This document shows positions 37,947-48,389 of a DNA stretch of 64,000 bases, in pieces. This DNA is from Vitrella brassicaformis CCMP3155 (Eukaryota; Protista; Chromerida), in NCBI GenBank assembly GCA_001179505.1, contig CDMY01000320.1:58750-122749 (forward strand), read 5' to 3'. The notes beneath the pieces are model-generated. The model ran no database searches and was not told where the DNA came from. It saw only the letters and a list, made by a program, of their open reading frames with translations. The position numbers and the translations under genes were made by a program. Within the stretch, counting starts at the first letter, position 1. Each line of letters starts with the position of its first letter.

Positions 37947-38145
37947 GAGCCTCTTGCCAAAGCCTGGCCTCTCCACCCCCTCTTTCAAGCCCAGTTTTAA
38001 GCTCGCAAAGATCTTCCGTGAAACCGCTCGGTGGCCAATGACTGCACAGGCCGCCTAGGGGGCTACCTAAAACCACCGCCTAGACGCCGCTCGTCCATCT
38101 ATCCTCCATCTGCATTTCCGTGCACTCAGTCTTCAACAGTCAGCT

Positions 38146-39065
38146 ATGTTTCGTGTGTCCTGCGTCGCGATCTTGGCTCTGGCCGCGTCCCTCAGCCATG
38201 GCTTCGTCCTCCGCAGCCCCGCCAGGCAGAGGCTCGCTGCAGCCGCTCCACAGGGCCAGAGATGTGCAGCGAGGTACCGTGTGTGCAGGCAATGCGTCGG
38301 GAGGCTATGCATGAAGGTGGGGGCACAGAGATCTGCAGATCTGTCATTGCATTGCAGTCTGTGTGCCCTTCCCTTCCTGCTGATTGCAGGTTGGAGTGCT
38401 GTTCAGCACATCGACAGGCAACTGCGAGACGGTGGGCGGCTACATCGTCCAGGCGGCCAAGGCGGCGGGGCTCGACGTCGACGATCTTAAAGAGGTGGGT
38501 GTGCCGCCACTCACACAACCATCCATCATCAGACAGCTTTTGTGCGTATGGGTCTGTCTGCAGGTGAGCGAAGCGCGTGAGATCGAGAAGTACAGCGGCT
38601 TGATAGTGGGCGCGCCGACCTGGAACACGGGAGCCGACTCCGAGAGGTCGGGCACCTCATGGGACGAGTGGCTGTACAGCGACCTGCCCTCGCTCAACCT
38701 CAAGGACAAGAAGGTGGCTGTCTTCGGTGTCGGCGACCAGATCTCATACGGAGACAACTTCTGCGACGCTGCCGGTGAGCTCTACGACCAATTCCTCAAG
38801 GTCACCACAGCACAGCACACACCCACCCACACAGACAGACCGACAGACAGACCGAACGGCACCGACTCGTGGTCGTATGCAGGCTGGTTGTAAGATGCTC
38901 GGGTTTACCAGCACTGACGGCTATGACCATGACGACAGCAAGGCGCTGCTGCCCGACGGCCGTTTCTGCGGACTGATGCTCGACGAGGACAACCAGTCGG
39001 AGGAGTCGGAGGGCCGGGCCAACAAGTGGATAGAACAGCTCAAGGGAGAGGGCCTCTTCGCGTAA
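38146..39065 (+). CDS. fld: Long-chain flavodoxin with bipartite plastid-targeting presequence
   Basis: MFRVSCVAILALAASLSHG-FVLRSPARQR..MK|VGVLFSTSTGNCETV (FMN P-loop), IVGAPTWNTG, VAVFGVGDQISYGDNFCDA, long-chain insert GYDHDDSKA, GLMLDEDNQSEESEGRANKWIEQL. Introns 38317-38389, ~38495-38563, ~38791-38882. Confidence 0.93.
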
Positions 39066-39600
39066 ATGACACAATGGATGGATGAAGACGTCACAGACAG
39101 AGAAGACATCATTACTGGACTGGACTGCTGATGGAAGGGATGTGACTGCATGCGGTAAATTGGTGGGTGGGCATGTGGGGGTGCGTGCGGTGTGGGTGTG
39201 TGGGTGGGGACTGCATGAGATTTTCCCATGATGCGCCCGGCACGATCGATTTTCGACGGCTGACGGACTCGGGCCCTGATCGTCGCGTCGCCGACCTGTT
39301 GATAGGATAGACCTGGATGGGTTTCTTTGGGCAAATTTAGACTTTCGTGCACAGCGCCTGTGCAAAGACCTACCTGATTTCGACCACACCTTAGTGGCTG
39401 GCTGGCTCCTGCTCGTGTGACTTGCTTGCATCACTTGCGACCATGATTGCGTGTGTGGCTCTCTGTCGAGGGACGGATGCTGACTGATATTCACTGAGTT
39501 GTCAACGACGCAGTGAATGAACGGCACAAAGTATACTTACACAACTGGTCGTGGCATGAAGAGCTGGGTCTCTGTGCAAGCACGCGTGTCTCGCTCTCTA

Positions 39601-39810
39601 TCTCTGTGGCATTCTGGTGGCGCGCGTGTCTGTCATCGCCATGTGGAGCAATATCGACTGGCTTTGATGGAAGCCACTCGACAAAGCTCCCAACGTTTCT
39701 TTGACAGGCTCAACGCACCAGCAGAAGTGCCCCACCGACACACTGCACACGGATGAAGGGACGGGTGGCATGGTCGGATGGGTCATACACAGTCACACCT
39801 CACTCACTGC
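39601..39810 (+). repeat. ~210 bp non-coding direct repeat, copy 2
   Basis: Roughly 80 percent identical by eye to 35734-35945, same orientation. Confidence 0.9.
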
Positions 39811-40008
39811 ACCAGTCACCAGTCGCACATGCCACTCAATCCACCTAGGTAGCATGTGCCGCATGGCCAATCGAGAGGACGATCGACCATCTCGCACACA
39901 GCCAGAAGGTGGTTGAGTGGTATGTATGAGGGCTCACACACACACACACACACGTGATCGCATACACGCGGACAGACCATCAATCACACGAATCAATCAA
40001 CCAGTCAG

Positions 40009-43000
40009 TCACGCAAGAGGGAGGCCCTCATCCCCGATCCCCTCCTCGCCATTCCCACCATCCACACCCACACCTACACCCCCTCCCGTCATCGGCTCCT
40101 GCTTGACACGCACCAACTCACCACCACCACCACCACCCCTGTCATCTCCCCCGTCCGTCCGCTTGTCCTTTTCCTCCCTCATCCGCGCCACCTGCTCGGC
40201 CACCCTCTTGCGCAAAGACTCGGGGGCGTATGTGATGTCGTACTGGGCGCAGAGGGCAGCGGCGCGTGTGGCCATGACGGGCAGGGGTGGCGGGGTCCCT
40301 TTGGCGGCGGAGTAGTCGTCGTGCCACTGCCAGAAGTCGGGCCATATGACGGCGTACTTTGAGCTGTTGACGGGCTGCTGGTGGTGGTGGGGGCGGGCCA
40401 GGCGGGCGGGGGTTGCGGACGATGCCGATGCTGATTCTGCATTTGTGGAGACAGCCAGATAGACAGACAGACAGACACATGCTGTCCTCCCTCCTGCTCT
40501 GTTAATGTGGAGATGTGTGAAGGTGTGCACGTACCACTGGCAGCGGCGGCAGCAGCTGCAGCCGAAGCCGATTGGCTCCTGTCACCATCACCAACACGCT
40601 TCCTCTTGCCCACCTAATCACAGACAGACAGACAATGCATCCGTCCATGCATCCACCAATGCCGCCTCTCGACACATGCCCTTCTCGCTGCTCACCTTTT
40701 TATCGACATCGTGTGCCATGTGTCGTCTAGTCTTGGCTTGCGCCTGCTGTTGGCGAGACCGGAGAGACGAGAGCCGGCCTTGTGCGGCACGGGGGTCCTG
40801 CAGCCGCACCGTCCGTTTCCTGCCCAGCAGCTGGTGCCAGGGAGACAGGTTTCTCTCCACCCACACACTCTGATAACCACACGAAGCATGTCATCCCATG
40901 CAGACAGACACCCATGCCATGCATGTGTGTGAATGGCGTGTGTGCCGGCTGGCTGGCTGACTCACCTTGAGAGTCTTGGCCGTGTCCTTGATTCCTTTTG
41001 TGTTGAGGTGCTCTTCGGGCTCCCACGTGTCGCCGCCCTTGGGCCACTCGCCGCCCGGCCACCCGTACCAGCGGATGAGATACTCGAAGCTCACAGGGGA
41101 CCCACTCACACTGTCCAACTCTGCATGAGCACGCAAAAGAGCCTGTTGTGTTGTGTTGTCCCCCATTGCGTGTCCGCTCTTTGTTTGTGTCACCCACCTG
41201 TCTGTGTGCGTGGTCGGAGGGCGATGATGTGTTCGGCCTCATACTCGCCAGTGCTAGAGAGTGCGGCGGGCTTGGTGGTGCGGGCGGCAGTGCCGCGCAC
41301 CTCCTCCTCGGTCAGCTGCGGGTTGACCACGGTCAAGTCCTTCTGCTCTTGGGGGCTCAGGTTGGCAACGCCCACCCACTCGGGCGTCGGGGCGTCGGAC
41401 TCTGCTGAATCGTCATCGGCGTTACGATCCACTCTGCCGAGGGCACCCTGCTCACGGTGTGGGGCGACCGGTGGCTGTGGTGTTGCTGGCGGTGGGAGGG
41501 CGGCTGCTGCTGCCGCTGCTGCCGCTGCTGCGGGGGGCTGCTCGGGCACCACCACCACCTGCAATGGACAATACAACAGAGGAGAGAGATGCAGACATGT
41601 GTGTGTTATCGTGGTGTGCTGGCTGTGCGTACCTCTGATAATTCAGCGATGCCGTTCACTTGGTCGCTCTCTGCGGCGGCTGCTACTGCTGCTGCTGCTG
41701 CTGCGGCGGGTGGCTGTTCCGCCGGTGCAGCCATCTCCTCGTCAGCCCTCTTCTGCTCGCCTTCCATGGTGCCTTCCTCTCCGCCCTTCTCTGCCCAGCC
41801 CCCAGACACCGTGTCAACCGCCATTGGCACGGCCGCCTCACCACCACCGCTAGGCCCACCACCCCGGGCAGCGCTGGCGCCTTCCTCCTCCTCCTCCTGC
41901 TTTGTGGGTTGGTTGGCAACCTCCCCAGTGCCCATGGACGGCGGCTGCTGGACATCCTTGATCGCCTTGTCGGCCTCCAGCTCCTTGACCCTCGCGGCCG
42001 CTGCTGCCGCCCTGCTGATGAGAGACATCCCTCCCGACGCCGAGCCGGCAGATCGGGGTGGGGAAGGCTTCGGATGTTTCGGCTGCTTCTGCTGCTTCTG
42101 CGGGGTCTTGGTCGTGGCGTGGGGCAGCGAACTAAGCTTTGGTGGGGAGGGCGAGATGAGCGACGCCTTGTATGCAATGGCGCAACTGAGGGCCTCCTCG
42201 ATGCCCCTCGGCGTCAGGCTGACTGGGGGAAAGAGCTTCTGCGGCTCGTCGGCACCCCTGACGCCGATAAGCGACACCCGCCAGACCTGCTGCCGCGGCA
42301 GCCAGTAGATGGACGGCAGCCGCCCCTGCGCGCTTAGGTCCGCCAGCAACTTCTTGGCGGTCGCGTTGGCTTCCTCCTCGCTCATCAAGAGGTGGTGCTC
42401 GCGGGGCCGCTTCTCCTTCTGCTTTTGTTTCTGTTTCTTGTTGTTGGCTGCCGCGGGGGGTGGGGGCGGGGCGCTCTTCTTGCGTGACGATGGGGGAGGT
42501 CGGTGGCGCCTGGGTTTGGCTGCTCTTGGGGCGGCGGCTGCGCGTGCGGAGAGGGCGTTATCGTCAACATCTTCATCGGCGTCCCAGGGGAAATTCTCGT
42601 CCTGCATCTTCTTGATCGACCTGACACCACAGCCGGACACACACAGACACACGTGTATGCGGGATTCTGCGGCCCATCTGTGTGTGTCTGTGTGGATGTG
42701 TCGCTGTCTCACTTGGGCAGATCGACGGGAGGCATGTTGTACTGCTGCAGGACGGTGTTGCGACAGGTGAGTGTCTTCCTCAGCGCGTCTCGGACGCCGT
42801 CGACTGTCCACTCGTGCGGGCGGTAGCTCCCCAGCTCCTTGACGGTCTGGTCCTGGAACACCCGAGACACGAAGTGACCCTCCTCACTCATCCAGTCGAT
42901 CCCTACACCATCACAATACACACCACAAGGAACGAACTTGGTTGGTCGCTCTGTCTGTATGGTGTGGCGGGTGTGTGACGAGTCTGGGTACCAAGGACAG

Positions 43001-45387
43001 GTGGCGGTGAGAGCAGGTCCGTCTCCTGCTTGAGGGTCTCCATCATGGCCTCGGCGATCCTCTCCCCCCTCTCACGCACCACGTCGCGCCCCCCGCGCAC
43101 CGCCGACGGACACGGCAGCACCGGCAGCTGGAACATGGGGGGCATCGGCGGGCCGCGCGAGGGGGAAGCCCGGGGCTTCGACATCCTCTCCTCGAATGAG
43201 AGGGTCTGGTCAAAGGTCTTGGTGCAGTGCATGCGCATGAGCTCCGGCATGGTCATTTTGAGCATGTCGGGGGGCACCTGGATCGGCCGGCAACCCACCT
43301 CCGCCGCCAGCTTGTTCCTCACAGCCATGGCCTGGACAAACGCTGCGCGAATGGCGGAGAAGGTGGGGCGCTCGGGAACGATACGCCGGCTGCCGTTGGG
43401 CCAAAGGCAAAACAGGCGAGGGATGGGTGGTTTGATGGTTGGTGGTGGGACGGTTGTGATGGCCGTGGTCTTTCTTTCTTACGGAGTGTGTCCGTCGGTG
43501 TCTTGGGGGAAGTGGCAGCGGAAGGCCCACGGCTGCACGCCACTGGGGTCGCAGTGGACATGGACAGCAACACCTGGCAACACGAATCACATACAAGATA
43601 TTTCTCTCTCCATCTCGTTCCCTCCTTCTCCCGTCCTCTGTCCAATACACACCTGCGTTGCCCATCTGCTCAGATGGTGTCTGCCTCTTCACCGCCTCAA
43701 TCATCCGCCGCCCAAGCATTATCGCCCGCCCGGCATTCAGCTCCACTTCCTCTGGCTCATCCGCTGCCGCCGCAGATGGCTGCTGTTGCTGTGGCTGTGG
43801 CTGGGCCGGCCCGGCCGCCTGCACCTGCCGACGAGTCTTGGGAGGGCTGGGAGGGATGCTCGCGATNNNNNNNNNNNNNNNNNNNNNNNNNNNNNNNNNN
43901 NNNNNNNNNNNNNNNNNNNNNNNNNNNNNNNNNNNNNNNNNNNNNNNNNNNNNNNNNNNNNNNNNNNNNNNNNNNNNNNNNNNNNNNNNNNNNNNNNNNN
44001 NNNNNNNNNNNNNNNNNNNNNNNNNNNNNNNNNNNNNNNNNNNNNNNNNNNNNNNNNNNNNNNNNNNNNNNNNNNNNNNNNNNNNNNNNNNNNNNNNNNN
44101 NNNNNNNNNNNNNNNNNNNNNNNNNNNNNNNNNNNNNNNNNNNNNNNNNNNNNNNNNNNNNNNNNNGGGGGGGGTGGTCGAGAAGATGGGCGACATGCCG
44201 TCGTGTGGGTGAGGGGGAAGTGGGCCAGAGAAAGGTGCCGCGTGGGGCAGGAAGACGGGAGCGCGGTATCTCGGCTGCTGTGGCTGATGTTGAGGTGGGC
44301 GAGAAGGTGGCGCATCGCCCGGCGCCATGTTGGTCAGCCGTGCCACCGACGGCGAGCCCTCGCGCATCATCTCCTTAATCACCTGCTCTGGCGGCTTTCG
44401 TGGCTCGTTCGGATCTATGGGGACGAGGGGCTTGCTCGGACGAGCGGTCTGCTTCTTCGGTGGTGGGTGATGCGCCTGCTGGCCAGCCTCGACTGGCATG
44501 CCGGCAGAGATGGTGGAAAGCGGAAAAAAAGAGCCGGGCATTGGTGGGTTGTGTGGCGGGCTCGTCACAGGCGGGCGGAGTGGTGGGACGACCAACGGTC
44601 GTGGTGCTGGTGGTGGTGGTGGTGGTGGTGGCATGGCCTGTGCCATGTTTGCAAGGGTGTTGTACCCAAAGCCAGCTGAAGCAGGTGAAGTGGCTGCAGC
44701 GCCACGACCACCTGAGCCTGGGCCTGGAGCACCTGCACACACACACACACACACACACACGGTCCACGTAAAGCATATTATCTGTGCTCGCATGTACGTG
44801 TGTGTGTGTGCGTGTGTGTGTGTGTGTCAGCCCTCTCGGTGCGTGTGCGCTTACCGCGGTGATACTGCGATACGGCCGCCAGACTGCGTATGAGCTGCTT
44901 CCTGTCAACGGGGGGTGGGAGTTTAGGCACCACATCAGCACCAGCACCAACACCAACAGCAGCAGGGGCGGCAGCGGCGGCAGCGGTCTGACTCAGAGGT
45001 TGGTGTTGTTGAACAGGTGGGCAGGAGGTGTCAGCTACACCGTTGGTGTGCTCTGGTTCAGAGGGACCACCAGCAAGCACCCCCTCGCCGACCACCTCAA
45101 TCTCAGGACCCCCAGCCTCATGCGAAGCACGCTGATCCCCTCGCTCCTCATCCTCACTCACGCCCTGCACACACCACACAGCACCGAGATCACCGCATGT
45201 GTGCGCATGTGTCGGTGCATCTTGCCCGTGGTGGCATCCGCCGTACCTGTGCTTCACCCCCCGCTGCTGCGGCGGCCTGGTGTGATGGTGGGGAGGGCGG
45301 CATGCCACCGACGCCGTTGGTGAGGGGGCGAACAGCGCCTGAATCATCCTCTTCCACACGTACTGGGACACGCGCTATCTCATTCAT
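40009..45387 (-). CDS. AP2-like (x3) plus chromodomain protein (cluster gene 3), interrupted by an assembly gap
   Basis: AP2-like VHCDPSGVQPWAFRCHFPQDTDGHTP|RRIVPERPTFSAIRAAFVQAMAVRNKL (~43310-43575), GIDWMSEEGHFVSRVFQDQTVKELGSYRPHEWTVDGVRDALRKTLTCRN (~42755-42902), PSIYWLPRQQVWRVSLIGVRGADEPQKLFPPVSLTPRGIEEALSCAIAYKAS (~42160-42320). Chromo EYEAEHIIALRP|..FEYLIRWYGWPGGEWPKGGDTWEPEEHL (~41000-41250). Confidence 0.75.
43867..44166. other. Assembly gap (300 N) inside a Pro-rich coding exon
   Basis: Run of N adjacent to a poly-G tract. Confidence 0.99.
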
Positions 45388-45571
45388 CTCGACGCTCTCA
45401 CTAACTCCGTACTACACTACGCTTGTCACTCGGTGGGAGTCGGCCGATTGGTAAAAAACTCGCCTGCGCGCTTAGCTGACGAAGGGAGCTGACAAAAGCC
45501 ATCACATAGAAGGCGCATGAGAAGGTCTGAACCGGCGCGGGCAGCCCACACAGCAGGTCCGAGTGGAGGCG

Positions 45572-47493
45572 ATGAATCCCGTCGAGAGTCTTGAGTCCAA
45601 CAAGTTCTCGGACCTCATCAGCGCCAGTCAGCAGGAGGGGGTGCTGGCCGAGTCGGCAGAGGTACGCACACACACACACACACACACACACAAGCAACAA
45701 ACAGGGCTGGCTTGATCCCCTCTCTCTTTGTGTGTCTGTATGGATCATGGATCAGACGGCAGCGGAGCTCCACTCCTTCCGGCCGACAGCCTCTGCCCAC
45801 GCCATGTCCCACTCACTGGCAGGCGCGTCAGGCGCCCTCATCGCCATGGCCCTCGTGTACCCCCTCGACAACCTGAGAACGCGCTTCCAGGTCTCCCGGC
45901 GGGACACCCACACGGATATCTTGTCGGCCCTGCAGGAGATCCTGAGGCGGGAGGGGTGGTCGGGGATATACGCTGGGCTGCGGAGTGCGCTCATCGGTGT
46001 GGGGGCGTCGTGGGCGGTGTACTACTACTTCTATGCGCTGTTCAAGACCTACTTCGGCCAGAAGTGAGCGTGAGAAAAAGCGTGGAGTGGCCGGCGCGTT
46101 GTGATTGTGTGTGTGTGTGTGTGTGTGTGTGCGTGCGTGCAGGTCACATTTCGGCGGCACGACGGCGTTGACGAATCTTGGTGTGGGTCTGAGTGCAGGG
46201 GTCATATCCGCCATCGCAACCAACCCCAGTGAGCATCCACACACACTGCACTCACTATACCTATACAATCAACGCGCTTCTCTCTCTCTGTGTGTGTGTG
46301 GTGTGTGCGTGTCAGTATGGGTGGTGAACACGCGGCTGAAGCTGCGGCAAACCAACTCGGGCACACAGGTGACACAAGAGCACACAATGCATTCACAGCA
46401 GATCGGGCGACGTGGCACATGTAGATGTGTGTCACCTCCCTCTCTGTGTGTCTGTGTGTCACCTCCCTCTCTGTGTGTCTGTGTGTCCACGACAATGCAG
46501 CAGGACTTCTTCAAGGGCATGTTAGCGCTGGCGCGGGAGGAGGGCCTGCAGGGCCTCCTCTCCGGTGTGGTGCCCTCGCTGATCCTGGTGACCAACCCCG
46601 CCATCCAATTCGCTGTCTATGAGAAACTCAAACAGCTGCTGCTACAGGCACAGGTGGGTACCTGACCTGCCTAGGGGGGTGTCCACGACATCTCTCTGTC
46701 TGTCTGTCTGTCTGTCGCATGTTGGTGTGTGCATCTCTCTGTGTGGTGTGTGTCGATGGTTGGCTGTGTGCAGCAAGGTAGGGATGGGGACAGGCTGGAG
46801 GGTCGGCTGCTCTTCCCGCCGCCCAAGAAGGAGCCCTATGGACAGCAGAGATCGCAGCTCACGGCGCTGGAGTTCTTCCTCATCGGTCACTCAGCCATCG
46901 CCTCGCCGATGTGTCTTGTGTCGGTGGTGCACTGTGGTGTGTGTGTGTGCAGGTGCCGTCGCAAAGCTGATTGCTACGGTGGTGACCTACCCCTACCAGG
47001 TGGTCAAGTCCCGGCTGCAGGCGAAGCAGTCCAAGTCGGCAAGATATGCTGGTAGGTGCACATGGGGAGAGGGAGGGGGAGAGGAGAATACCCACAAGCA
47101 CTTGTGTGTGTGCCGGCGATGGGATGGATGTGTGATAGGTGTGGTGGACTGCATAGTGCGGATACTGGACGAGGAGGGCGTGGGGGGCATGTTCAGAGGC
47201 CTCCAGTCCAAACTCGTCGCTACCATACTCACCTCCGCCATCATGTTCATGTGAGTGAGCCCCACACACAGAGATACAGACAGGGAGGGAGGGAGGGAGA
47301 AATGGCGCCAATCTCTCTTGTGTCTTGCAGGTCCTACGAGAAGCTGCTGATCATGGCCTTGGGTGTGCAGAAGAAGCTGTACAAGCAGAAGGCGATGAAG
47401 AAGGCGGCCGCCCTCAGCCCGTCAGCAGCCGTTCCCCCGGCGTCACACAACCCGCACCCACGGCCAGGATCCAATAAGCCACAGACGCGATGA
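45572..47493 (+). CDS. Mitochondrial-carrier-family (SLC25) protein, peroxisomal PMP34/PXN-like
   Basis: Three carrier repeats: YPLDNLRTRFQ, NP|IWVVNTRLK, YPYQVVKSRLQ; GVGASWAVYYYFY and LVTNPAIQFAVYEKLK are typical of the PMP34/PXN branch. About 9 exons. Confidence 0.85.
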
Positions 47494-48389
47494 ATGATTG
47501 ATTGATTCGTTGCCTGCCTGCGTGGTTGGTTGGTTCTACAGACGCATCCTGTCTTTCTGGGATGCATGGATGGATGGGACGGTTTTGGTTTATATCCCCT
47601 CTCTCTTTCTCTCTCTCTCCCTCTCTCTCCTTCTGTAAAACTCCCGCCGTATTTGTGTATACAAAAACCAATGGGAACAGACTCTATGAATGTTTGTGGC
47701 TGTCTGTGTCGGTTCTTTTGTTGGATTTTTGGGTGGGTTGGCTGGTGGGACAAACATGATGGATAGATAGATGTGTACGCGTGTATAGTAGAGACAGACA
47801 GACAGGCTGGTTGGAAAGACGGACAGCCAGCCATTCCATTGGGCCGTCGCTCTACTCTACCCCCCTAAACCCCCCCTCCCACCTCTCTCTCCCTCCGTGT
47901 CTCTCTGTATACATCTCTCGCTCTCCTTCTCGGACCGTCAGCTGCCGTGCCTTGTCTGTCTCATGTCAGTGGACAGGGGACAATGAATGTGACACAATGC
48001 GCGACGCATTTACCTCTACGCACACACACCTTGCGAATGATTTCACGAGATCGACAAGTGCCGTCGAGTCCGGACATTACTGGGCTGTTTTGAGTTCGAG
48101 CAGGCCACGTGTGACGGTCTCGTCTGACGTCAGAGAGACCGTCACTGATGACATGCCCATGTTGTAAACAGCTCAGTGCTGCCCCGTGTGAGAAGGTCTC
48201 ATCTCACCCACTTCGAGTGAGAGCAGTCTCGCGCATAGATGCTCATGCCCCTGCCACCTCTCAGTCAGCTCACCTTGCACACGCAGTCTGTCTGCGCACC
48301 GCAACCCCCAAGCAATTAACACACACCACAAGGACACATCTATCCATGCAGACATGCCTACCCCCGCCACCACGCCCCGCCCCGCCCCC

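Noticed and set aside
38146-39065. Flavodoxin as a bacterial contaminant or recent horizontal transfer
   Set aside because: It has three host-style introns, a bipartite targeting leader and an algal-type GAPTWNTGAD motif.
39095-39110. ACAGAGAAGA resembling the U6 snRNA box
   Set aside because: The flanking U6 sequence (TTAGCATGGCCCCT) is absent, and the match lies in the flavodoxin 3' region.
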